From the NCBI RefSeq assembly GCF_009914755.1, contig NC_060945.1: DNA of 64,000 nt. One strand, given 5' to 3'. The notes under the pieces were generated by a model. That model did not search any database and had not been told where the DNA came from. It saw only the letters and a list, made by a program, of their open reading frames with translations. Below, in pieces: positions 40,156 through 52,238 of the stretch. Within the stretch, counting starts at the first letter, position 1, and each line of letters starts with the position of its first letter. The translations under genes and the position numbers were made by a program. The stretch comes from the human T2T-CHM13v2.0 reference genome, Homo sapiens.

Positions 40156-41486
40156 TTAACATGTAAATGTCAGGTGATTTGCAGTGATCTAGCCAAAGAC
40201 TGGCAGATCATTTCAATCCATCAATTGTGCTAAGAGCATTAAATAACACATATTATAATTAAGCTATTTAATCTATTGACCCAATGCTATGATTAGAATC
40301 TGGAAGAAATTAGACAAATAATTACATGACAGATTTAGAAAGGAGAAATAAACCAGATAGCGGATTAATCCGTTATTTCTTTGAAGATATTTAGGGCAAG
40401 TGTAGCTGTTGTTCCATTTTTTTTAAAAAAAATGAGGAGACCCTCATTCTAATATTAAGCTATCAATCTCTAAGAAACAAATATCTTTTGGGAGTTAACC
40501 GTTACTTACAATAACAGTAAGCAACTCAACAAATATAATTATTCCTGGACTAATTATAGTATTCTATCATGAAACAAGTGCTTACTAATCAGATTTCCAA
40601 TGAGACCATTACTCTTCAGAAAGAGACTGCCTGAGGGGTAGCATAAAAAACCCCTTGTCCCTGTTACCACACCAAATTAAAAACTCCCTAGTTCTTTCAA
40701 ATACATGTAAGACATATGTCTTGCCCATGTTTTTAAGATCTCTAAAACTTTCAGGACCACCATAGACTACTCTTGTTCTCTGAGAACAGATACTGTCACA
40801 CACCAAGAAGTCTGTTTGAAGAGGTAGAGACCTCCATCTTTCAAAACCTAGTTTTAAGACCCAGACATAAATCTGGACTAGAGGCCATAGATGCTTCTTT
40901 CTAGAAGCTAAAAGCCTCCTGAAACCATTTTTTAAAAGTGTTTACCTGAAACACAATATGCCTCATATTATTGTCCTGACAACCATCATGAGGAAATTGT
41001 TTCTTTTCATCTCCTACTCTACTTTTATCCCTATAATATTGTTTTTTACTTCACTATTTCTGATCTCTTTTTTCTAAAATCACACCCAATCATTGGAAAG
41101 GCACTGCATCCAATGTAAGTAGGAGAAATGTCTGATTCATTGGTTTAATGGGAAGAGGGAACAGCACAATCACAAGGGGGGGGGATGGATTAATTAATCT
41201 GAAGACATGTTCATAGGATAAGTACGAAGCAGTCAGACTAGAGGAGGTTTTGCAAAGGTATTAAGTGTATCTGAATGTTTCCAATGCTAGCACTACAAAA
41301 ACATTTGATTTAAAACAAAATTACAAACTTTATTTCAGTCAGATTATTAGATCAACAACTTCCATCAGCTCAATCCATCTGAAGCAGCTTTGAATTTTAC
41401 TTTCTATAATAGATTGTTATGTTTAACATATCTATATGTTAAAAGATATGTAGAATTAGGGAATCTATTAATATGTTCCTTCAATA

Positions 41487-41690
41487 CAGGGGTCAATAAA
41501 TTTTTTTCAGTAAGGGCCAGATAGCAAATATTTTAGGCTTCACAGGCTAGTCTTCATGGGAACTATTAAACTTTGAAATAATAGCATGAAAGCCATCACA
41601 TATAATAGAGAAATTAATGTGCAGAGCTGTGTATATAAAAGATATATAGTAAAACAAGAGAAAGCAAGATTTGATAGATACCATATCTAC
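41487..41690 (+). mobile_element. MER58A-like hAT MITE (left copy)
   Basis: CAGGGGTCAATAAATTTTTTTCAGTAAGGGCCAGATAGCAAATATTTTAGGCTT matches the MER58 terminus; inner end degenerate. Confidence 0.8.
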
Positions 41691-41691
41691 T

Positions 41692-41942
41692 AAAGTAGGC
41701 ATCTGTGAACTGCCTGGAGACAAAAATCCTACCTACTGTAATTTTGAGTGTGTGTGTGTGTTTATTTTTAAATAAACTCTAATAAACTCTATTAGAACAC
41801 AGTTACACACATTAATTTCTCTATTATATGTGATGGCTTTCATGCTATTGTGGCAAAGTTGAATAGTTCTGATGAAGGCTAGCCTGTAAAGCCTAAAATA
41901 TTTGCTATCTGGCCCTTATTGAAAAAAATGCATTGACCCCTG
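41692..41942 (-). mobile_element. MER58A-like hAT MITE (right copy, inverted)
   Basis: GCCTAAAATATTTGCTATCTGGCCCTTATTGAAAAAAATGCATTGACCCCTG. Confidence 0.8.
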
Positions 41943-43158
41943 TATTAAAGGAACATTTTAATAGAATCCCTAATTCAAATAATTTAAACAAGACATTTTT
42001 TGTTATAGTTTTAAAGTATGTAGTTATTCATGTATTGTAATAAATTTATCATTATCCAAATAATTGTGATAACTAATAATGTATAATTCTGTGCAATAAT
42101 GTTTCTATTTAAAAGTTATTAGTATATTTTTATGACAAATAAATACATATGCTATATAAATATAAAATATATTTATTTCAACTATCACTCCTACCAGGTA
42201 AGTTCAGTCTAGGGTTACAAACAGGAAGAAAAGCTTTATCTGGTCTCTTAGGGTTTATAGCCTGCTGATATATTTTTTCCCATTATTTTTTGATGCTTCT
42301 GTGAATAGTGCTAATACTTGCTGTCAAAGGTCTTTATAAATGTACCTTTTCACCTTTCTCCTATTTATCTCCAAATAGCTGACCTTTCCTGCTTGTCATA
42401 GCTGGCTCTGCTTCACCCTGATGCTAAAATTTTTGTCACAAGGGATGATGTTTTGGATTTGAGTCTGACAATAGCTGCACCTTTTACAACCACACAATGT
42501 GAATTTTGCAGCCTGGGATACTGTAGCTTCAGATCACTGCTGACCCATAGCATATATTAACCAATTGGACTCATTTTCTTTTGGTGCTCCGATATGTGGA
42601 GTTTGCCCTAATTTCAATGTTTTCTGTTAGAATATTCTATTTTTATTAAAGTAATTTTATATTTCACACAAATATTCCAGTTATTTCAGATTTTTTCTCC
42701 ACCATAGTAGTCAGATACAAGTCCACCAGAGTAGGTGTTGGAGATAATTCTAATGACAGAAACATTAGAAAATTCAAATATGCTTTTCTCCTCTGTTTTC
42801 TGAGCCAATATGATTGTACCAAATTGTCTTGTATAATCTACTTTTTTTCTTAAAATTAGTTAATTTCAAAAAGATTTTCCTTTCTAGGATTAAGGACCCA
42901 ATAAATTGATTGTCACTAATTATCCACCAATTCTCATAGTTTTGTTTATCAGTGACAAACTTAATTTATGCTCTATTAAAACTTCTACTATACAATCTCT
43001 CTAGGGAGAGAAGGATACTGACATTTAAATGGCAGGATTACACAACTGTAAAACATACATAAGGTTACCAAACTCTCCCTAAAAATTACACATAAGGAGC
43101 TTTACTAAATAGTAGGGAAAGATTATGAGTCACAGCATTTTCTCTGAATGCAGTGTAA

Positions 43159-43634
43159 CGTGAACCCCAAATATCTGAGCTAGGTCTCAGTCAGTTTAGG
43201 AAGTTTATTTTGCCAAAGTTAAGGATGTGCACCCATGACACAGCCTCAGGAGGTCCTATGACATGTGCCCAAGATAGTCCGAGCACAGTTTGGTTTTATA
43301 CATTTTAGGGAGACATGAGATGTCAATCAACATATGTAAGATGAACATTGGTTTGGTCCAAAAAGGCAGGACAACTCAAGTCAAAGGCAGGACAACTTGA
43401 AGTGGGGAGGGGGCTTCTGGGTAATAGGTAGGTAAGAGACAATTGGTTGCATTCTTTGAGTTTCTGATTAGCCTTTCCAAAGAAGCCTATCAGGTATGCA
43501 TTTATATCAGTGAGCACAGGGATGACAATGACTTTGAATAGAATGGGAAACAGGTTTGGCCTAAGCAGTTCCCAGCTTGACTTTTCCTTTTAGCTTAGTG
43601 ATTTTGGGACCCTAAGATATATTTTCCTTTCACA
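43159..43634 (-). mobile_element. MER4A1-like 3' LTR
   Basis: Reverse complement starts TGTGAAAGGAAAATATATCTTAGGGTCCCAAAATCACTAAGCTAAAAGG. Confidence 0.92.
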
Positions 43635-46600
43635 TTTGCCCACTTTCTTTTTAAAATCTTTGAGAGAAAGAATTTTAGAAGAAAATGAGTCTCTGGTCTC
43701 AGGTTTCCTATACTCTCTCATGGCTAGGAAGGTTTATTCCTAGATGGGTAGGTCACATTTTATTAGGAAATCTCATTTTTTAGCAGGTTGTGAAGTTTGA
43801 TATCCTATGAAGAGAAAATAAGGGGAGGAAGGGAGAAAACAACAACCAAAATCCATTTCCAGAAAATTCATATAGGTCATATTACTCTTAAGTCCATACA
43901 TCTGTAGGGAGGTATGAAAGTGGCAAATGTATGTAAATAGGTTGCAGTTATTTTCTTCTGAAGTGTGAGTTGTCTAGCTTCAGTTTGCAGGGCTTTAAGG
44001 AAGTGCAGCTTAGTTTTCAGTAATCGCAAATTAGAAAAAAATTGGAGGAAAAGTAAAGAAAGAAGAAAAAAATAAAAAAAAACATTATTTTGGAGACTTG
44101 TAGCCAGGAAAAATTAGATTCTAGTCTACTCTGTAGAAAATAATAAAAATTGAAAAACATAGGGCAGGACTAGAAGCTAACAACAGGTGGACTATAGTTT
44201 TTGAAACATAATTTTTCTCTCTCCAGTTTCCTAGTTTTACTAAAGAAAAATCATGGTAGAATCAATTTGCTTTATTATACTTAGCCAGATTATTTGTATA
44301 AAGTGCAAGAATAATTATTTTTTACGTAGGTTTTTTTTCTCCAATGGTGTCCTGGTACAAAAGGAAATATTCTTATTGCACTTATGCAAATAACTATATT
44401 GTCATAAGTTAAGTATATTCAGAAATAGTTTCCAAATTCTGGAGAAATCAGGTAGAGAGAAACAAATATGCTCCAAATTTTGTGCACAGGAGTATAATTT
44501 ACTCAATTGCTACAAGTCGTAAATAGCTCAAATAAAAAGTTTTCTTGACTCTGTTAAACAAAACAAAGGTTCAACAATGTTTTAAGCAAAAAAGTCAAAA
44601 GATTACTTGAGTCTTGTATTAGTTCATTTCATGCAGTTAACTCCCGTTCTGCATGATATTCATGAACATTCCAGCTCTCTATGAGAGTCATGAAAGTTAT
44701 TTTCCTCTATTCTAGTGAACAATCTCCAAAGTTATCAGAACCCTGTATTCAAGAACACTTGTTAAAGTTTTATATCTAATTATAAAACCACCTTCTAAAG
44801 TGGACCAAAACAAGGCAACAGTTGTCAGTGAATGACATAATGTTTTAGGACAGACACAGTCAAAGACACTATTGACAAGGAAATTTGTTACCTCTGTAGC
44901 ACACAATAATTTAATATAACAATTATAATCATTACTGAGAATGTATACTAAGTCATGTCAGAATTATAGAGCTTCCCATAATTTTGTAACACATACCAAT
45001 AAGATATTTATACAAATACATCCCAAAGAAAGCTAAACACCATTTCATATTTGACAATACTCCCTGTATGATTTTTATAACAAAAAAATGTCATTTTTGG
45101 ACTTTAGGGAATCTAATATCTTAAAAGATTAATCAGGTCAGAAAAAGACATAATTTATATTTGACTTTGGAAAGTTTGTCAAATATCAAGGGTTTATAAC
45201 ATTTGATATCACAAAATAGGATCAAAGATCATTGCAAAATAAGTCATTCATTTAACCATAGTGATAACTCAAGGATTTCAAAAACAGGTGAAAACCTTCA
45301 TTCTTTGAGAGAAGAGACTTAATATTCCAAACAATAAGCCCTAATAAAAACAACATGAAGCTAATTAAATTTATTTTTCAAAATTTTATCAACAATCTAT
45401 AACATTTTGGTCATCTTGACCATAACATATAATTTTCCTGTCTTTTATAACCTTTACAACTTTTATTAAGGAGCCAGCTAGTGTTTCATGAAACCCTGGT
45501 ACTTGGACAGGTGTCTATATGCTTTTCTTGCATCAGTGTGCCTTTTACATTAATGGCTAATTTATAGAGAAAATAAACTTACGTTATCTCTCAAAATCAG
45601 CCCTTATAATCTCAGGCACTCACCTCTTCCATGATAGTTACTGGAATTTGAGAAGTTGAAGTTTAATTTCTGGCCCTGTGTCTCACAAACACAGCTTATT
45701 TTGATGGACAGCTTCTGAAGATAAGGCTTTAACTGCTGTCAGTGTTGAGATTCAGCAGGATTTGGTGTCCTTTTAGACACAGAAGTCGAAGCCCAGCAAC
45801 TTAAAGGCACAAGGACTTTAAAAGCACATACAGAAAGTTACAGGGATGTAATAACCTTAATTATAAAAAATCTTATTTTTTTCTAAGCAAACCAAATTTA
45901 GTAATAATAATATAGGAATTATTTTGAGAAAGTGTAAGTTCTGTTTTTTAGGAAAAAAAGTATAATGTCTTGTAATTTATTAAGAGTAAAGCGATACCTC
46001 AAGAAAATTTTGTAGTTTGAATAAATTCTTTAGTATATGTGTTTTTCTTAACCAAAAGTCAATTTCTAGAAATGCCATTATAATTTCCATTTAATTATTT
46101 ATAACTTTATTTTATAAGTTTTTTTTAAAATAAATCTTATTATGACATACACAGACCATTTATAACATGCTTAGACTTTCTGGTTTGTCCTGAACATTCC
46201 TCTTTCTTAAGCAACCATTCATTTTATTCTAGGACAAAATTTACCATACAAGATTCTTACTCATATAAAATTATTTCTCTTTAAGCCTTCTTACCAAAAA
46301 TTGCCTCTTTATTTCTACAACTTTCTTTACATCTCTCTTATTTCCTGGTTCCTTTTACCTTGTTTTATACATAACCTTTAAATAATCTTTGAATTAAACA
46401 AAAATTATTCACCCTTTTTAAAAAGGACTTTTTTTTAGAAAAAATGTTTTCTACAATATACTGTTATTGGAAAATACTCAAATAATGAAATATTTATTGT
46501 TTAATTAAATATAATTTTAGATTCTCAATTATGACAAGTTTGTCTACAAGTACTTATCCCATTCAATTTAACTAATTATTTTACTTTAATAATTTATCTA

Positions 46601-46640
46601 GATTATTTATGAAAACCACAAAAGTCATCAAGTAAAGTTA

Positions 46641-46881
46641 TGAAACTGCCATTACAAAATTGGTACTGAGACAGTGAAAAATATCTGACCTAACTGACTC
46701 CATCTTGCTTGTAATCCCCTGGCTATTCTTATTCATTCCTGGGTGTAGGCCAAACTAACTTTGGGAGGAACTTAGTTTATAGTTTAGCTTTGAAACAAAG
46801 TCGATAACAGTCCTTCCTCCAAGCAAACCTCCTTCCTGCCTGGGAACTAGACCATCTAAAGCCACAAGATTAGATGTTATG
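46641..46881 (+). mobile_element. LTR8/LTR8A 5' fragment within MER4-int, opposite orientation
   Basis: TGAAACTGCCATTACAAAATT...GAGACAGTGAAA...CTAACTGACTCCATCTTGCTT...CTAACTTTGGGAGGAACTTAGTTTATAG. Confidence 0.8.
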
Positions 46882-47713
46882 TTTATTTTAGTAAATAATT
46901 CAATATTTTGCTATTTTCATCAAATCAGCGTCAATGTCTTATTTACTTAAAATTCTACAAGCAAAGATTATTCTGTTTTGGGATGGTTTATAGTTTTGAA
47001 ATCACTATGCCAAATTTTGACACCTGATAGTATTTGGCAGGGATAAGTATGAAATGTCTTCATCAATAAATGTAAACAAAATGTATGCTGGCATTTCTTA
47101 AGACATTTCTAATATTACTTTACCAATAATTTTAAAGCTAGCATTTTATTAAAAATTTTACTTAAGTCATGCAAACTTGAAAAAGCATTTGACCAGTCTT
47201 TCCTTTTTTTCTGATGAAGTATTTTATTTAAGGGCTTCTATTTTTCTTTAAGCCAATTAATTAGAGATCTTTTATATATTTTTAATGGTGAAACACTGTG
47301 TACACAACACATAATACATAGATGTATTGGCATACCGATAGTAGTATATCTTACAGATTCATAAAACCTTCTTTTTTCCCCTAACTAAAACTTGCAAACT
47401 CTTGATAAGCTGTTTCATTACCCTGGCAGTTGTCAGGTAAATAGCCCTAAATCTGTGTTTGAAGGAAACAACTCTTAGGTGAAAAATCAGACAGCAAAAT
47501 TTACATCCCAGGGTACAGACAGAAAAAGTCTGGTGGTGTGAGAGGGAGATTAAAGTTGTATGCCAAATGAAACATAAAATTAGAGAAATCTATCATAGGA
47601 CTGTATAAGGGGATCAATTTTATTTAGACAGAACTACCAATCTTTTAACTGCATCTCTGATCTCTGGGTAGAGCCCACATAGAATCCTGGGTCTCCAAAA
47701 AGGGAGGATTATT

Positions 47714-48019
47714 ATTATTATTAATATATATATATTTTTGAGATGGAGTCTCACTCTGTCACCCAGGCTGGAGTGCAGTAGCACAATCTCAGCTCACTGC
47801 AACCCCCACCTCCTGGGTTCAAGCGATTCTTCTGTCTCAGCCTCCAGAGTAACTGAAACTATAAGTGCGTTTCACCACACTTGGCTAATTTTTGTATTTT
47901 TAGTAGAAACAGGGTTTTACCATACTGGCCAGGCTGGTCTTGAACTCCTGACCCTGGGATCTGCCCGCCTCGGCCTCCCAAAGTGCTGTAATTACAGGTG
48001 TGAGCCACCACACCCAGCC
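47714..48019 (-). mobile_element. AluS nested in the provirus
   Basis: TSD AAAAAGGGAGGATTATT/AAAAAGGGAGAATTATT. Confidence 0.93.
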
Positions 48020-48596
48020 AAAAAAGGGAGAATTATTATGAGGCTAGATCATGTGATGCTTGTACAGTGCATACTAAAAATTATTTTAAAACCAAGACAT
48101 CTGTAACTGTCTAAACTCTTCCTTAAAAACTCAAGTAGCCTCTGTTGTAGTATTTTGGTAAAAAAAAATCAGGTAACATAGTGAAAAAGCAAGCAGTTTC
48201 AGAGCTGAGATGAACTTGTCTGTTTATACATTTGGGGTTCCACAAGGAAAAACAGAGTTTTCTCCCCAGAAGGGAGTCTGGTGTCTTCTCCATTTCTTCC
48301 ATTTCTTTAAGGAACCCTATGCTGTCACAAACTAGTTTAGGTCCCTCATGCAGCAGAGGGTGCAAGAGAAAGGAGAGACAGCAGAATTATGAAGAAAACA
48401 GAATTCAGTCAACTGAGAAGACAAAGAAAAAGCTTTTGCTCAAAAAAGACAAGGTCCTAGGAAAGAAAAAAACAAAAACATGAGGCCTTTTAAGTACAAA
48501 CACACACATAGGCACACAATCACACACACATCTTGAATGTTAGATTTTAATTAAGCTGACTTTTAACCATTGAGTGCCTTTAAAAAAATATTTTTA

Positions 48597-48884
<288 letters not shown>

Positions 48885-49890
48885 AAAAAAATCTTTTAAA
48901 ATCTCATTACTATATATCAGCTAGGACAATTTGCTGCTACTTCAGAAGTACCAAATAGCAAACCAGAAAGGGATTGATTTAGGAACCAAACCCAGGCTGT
49001 TGTGTGGAAAAAAAGACGATAGAACCCTAGCTATGGAACTGCATTGTGGGGTGATAGCCATTGCTCTTTCAGCCAAAAATCGGCCTAGCAAAAATTGGCC
49101 TTGTTATGTAAGTGAAGCCCCTTAAGTAGTCAAAATAAAAAATCTTTATTTTTTATTTTTTTTCCTTTTGCTGGTCCTTCTGCTCCCCCCAACACATCAC
49201 CTTTATTTTTTAATTAATTAATTTATTTATTTATTATTTGGAATTTAGCCACTTCAGAGGCCTTGTTCCCCACAATTTGGAACTTTCCTTCAGATTTGAT
49301 CAAGTTGGATAGAGTTGGTCAAACCCAGTAAGAAAAAGACCAAAACAATAACAAAAACAGAAACAAACAACAACAACAAAAACAGTTAAGCAAAACAAAC
49401 AATCACACAACTTATACAATTACTGAATGCCCTACTGGTAAAAAGAAATTAAGACCAGCTGGTTGTTAATCTTAACTTTAGCCAAGACAAACCCCAATTC
49501 AGTTACTTACCTGGGATGGATTTCAGGCAGAAGACTGCTATCATCCTAGAAGCAAGGAAAAAACATAAAACTTGCCTTGTTTGTTGGAAGTGAGTTCAAA
49601 CTCCAGAACGTAATTTTCTGCCTTCCATCATCATGGACGTATTAAAACTTGCCTTCCTTGTGTTGGAAGCAAGTAAAACTCCAAAAAGTAAGTTGTACAG
49701 CAAAATAAACTTCAGATCTTGACCAAATTTTGCAACATCAGGAATTCTCTGGAGGGGGTGCTGCCAGATCTCAGCAAATTGTCTTGTTGGTGTGAGCCAT
49801 AAAGATAGCTCAAGCTGGTACCAAGCACCAATAGGAGATTTGTCAAAGGTGAGGGGCACCTCCACCAGAACTCTTTTGTGGTTGCCAAAA

Positions 49891-50367
49891 TGTGAACCCC
49901 GAATATCTGAGATAGGTCTCAGTCAGTTAAGGAAGTTTATTTTGCCAAAATTAAGGACATGAGCCCTTAACAGGCATGATAAAGCCACAAGAGGTCCTGA
50001 CAATATGTGTCCAAGGTGTCCGAGCACAGCTTGATTTATACATTTTAGAGAAACACGAGACATCAATCAGTATATGTAAGATGAACATTGGTTTGGTCCA
50101 GAAAGGCGGGACAACTCAAAGCAAAGGTGGGACAACTCAAAATGGGGAGGGGTCTTCTGGGACATAGGTAGGTAAGAGACAAATGGTTGCATTCTTTTGA
50201 GTTTCTGGTTAGCCTTTCGAAAGAAGGCAATCAGATATGCACTTATCTCAGTGAGCGGAAGGATGACTGAGCAGAATGGGAAGCAGGTTTGCCCTAAACA
50301 GTTCCCAGCTTGACTTTTTCCTTTAGATTAGTGATTTTGGGATCCCAAGGTTTATTTTCCTTTCAAA
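49891..50367 (-). mobile_element. MER4A1-like 5' LTR
   Basis: Direct repeat of 43159-43634 (roughly 85% by eye); adjacent to a PBS-like TGGCAACCAC on the minus strand. Confidence 0.92.
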
Positions 50368-50750
50368 CTAATAATGACATATATAATTATTTCAATAATT
50401 ATTAATAGTTTCTTTTGTTTATTGTTAAATTCAACAATCTAATCATTGTATATTTATTGAATATCTGTTTTGCAATATTTTATAAATTTATAATTTTTAT
50501 AAATTTTATAATTTTTAAAAGTAAGGAAAATCTAGCTTTGTTTTCAAGGCATCTAATTTCTTTTATAATTTTTATTGTGTATAAATAACATGATAGAGAA
50601 GCAAAATATTATGTGGGGTCCAAGGAAAAGTATATCTGTTTGAGGATGCTCAGAATAACTTCATGTAGAAACTTCTGTTCAAACTGTGATATGAACAATG
50701 GGTAGCATTCTGAAGACCATACTTGGGAGTGAAATAGTCTCTAGAGATGC

Positions 50751-51587
50751 TTTTATTATTATTATTATTATACTTTAAGTTTTAGGGTACATGTGCACAT
50801 TGTGCAGGTTAGTTACATATGTATACATGTGCCATGCTGGTGCGCTGCACTCACTAACTCGTCATCTAGCATTAGGTATATCTCCCGATGCTATCCCTCC
50901 CCCCTCCCACCACCCCACAACAGTCCCCAGAGTGTGATATTCCCCTTCCTGTGTCCATGTGATCTCATTGTTCAGTTCCCACCTATGAGTGAGAATATGC
51001 GGTGTTTGGTTTTTTGTTCTTGCGATAGTTTACTGAGAATGATGATTTCCAATTTCATCCATGTCCCTACAAAGGAAATGAACTCATCATTTTTTATGGC
51101 TGCATAGTATGGAATCATGATGTATATGTGCCACATTTTCTTAATCCAGTCTATCATTGTTGGACATTTGGGTTGGTTCCAAGTCTTTGCTATTGTGAAT
51201 AATGCCGCAATAAACATACGTGTGCATGTGTCTTTAGAGCAGCATGATTTATAGTCCTTTGGGTATATACCCAGTAATGGGATGGCTGGGTCAAATGGTA
51301 TTTCCAGTTCTAGATCCCTGAGGAGTCGCCACACTGACTTCCACAATGGTTGAACTAGTTTACAGTCCCACCAACAGTGTAAAAGTGTTCCTATTTCTCC
51401 ACATCCTCTCCAGCACCTGTTGTTTCCTGACTTTTTAATGATTGCCATTCTAACTGGTGTGAGATGGTATCTCACTGTGGTTTTGATTTGCATTTCTCTG
51501 ATGGCCAGTGATGATGAACATTTTTTCATGTGTTTTTTGGCTGCATAAATGTCTTCTTTTGAGAAGTGTCTGTTCATGTCCTTCGCC
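50751..51587 (-). mobile_element. L1PA2-like 3' end (837 bp, 5'-truncated)
   Basis: Open 201-aa ORF2p C-terminus (50972-51577) with the CCHC motif [18 protein letters not shown]; 3' UTR has GCTAGATGAC-GAG (not Ta ACA or pre-Ta ACG); (TAA)n tail. Confidence 0.95.
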
Positions 51588-51708
51588 TAACCATGTAGAC
51601 AAAACTTTGATGTTTGAGATTCCAGGGTGAGTTTAGAATGAGTATATAGTTTGGTTTGACTAAAATATTTAGGGATGAGAGGTAAAAATAGAATAAACAT
51701 ACATACTA

Positions 51709-52238
51709 CAAGTTAAGAATACTTACCTGAAATGCTTGAAAACAGAAGTGTTTCAGATTTTGACTTCTTTCAGATTTTGTAATATTTGTATACACATATA
51801 TATGTATATGTAATATTTGTGTATGTATATTTGTATAAATATTTGTGTGTGTATAAATATTTGTGTGTGTATATATTGTGTGTATAAATATTTGTGTATA
51901 ATTGTGTATACTTGTGTATAATTTGTGTATAATTGTGTGTATAAATATTTGTGTGTGTGTATATAAAATGAGGTATCTTTGGGGTGGGACCCAAGTCTAA
52001 ACACAAAATTCTCTTGTGTTTCCTATACTCCTTACACATATAACCTGAAGATAATTTTATAAAATATTTTAATAATTGTGTGCATGAAATAAAGTTTTGA
52101 CTGTGTTTTGACTACAACCTGTCACATGAGGTTATGTGTGGAATTTTCGACTTGTGATGTCATGTTTGTGCTCAAAAAGTTTTGGATTTGGGAGCATTTT
52201 GAATTTCATATCTTCAGATTAGGAATATGAATACGATA
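51709..52238. mobile_element. Tigger4/Zombi-derived element (Tigger4b-like) with an internal TG/TA-rich expansion
   Basis: GAAATGCTTGAAAACAGAAGTGTTTCAGATTTT, TGGGACCCAAGTCTAAACACAAAATTC, GCTCAAAAAGTTTTGGATTTGGGAGCATTTT; simple repeat at 51790-51965. Confidence 0.8.

Noticed and set aside
40560-41150. Possible decayed ERV pol/env remnant
   Set aside because: Could not recover convincing motifs by eye; needs a Dfam search.
47738-48106. Alu-derived ORFs (also 6065, 10156, 23018, 35889, 48613, 55398, 58072, 63367)
   Set aside because: Typical Alu translations (LSPRLECSG..., PVIPALWEA...), not genes.
50972-51577. 201-aa ORF, the longest in the window
   Set aside because: L1 ORF2p C-terminus of a 5'-truncated copy lacking promoter, endonuclease and RT.
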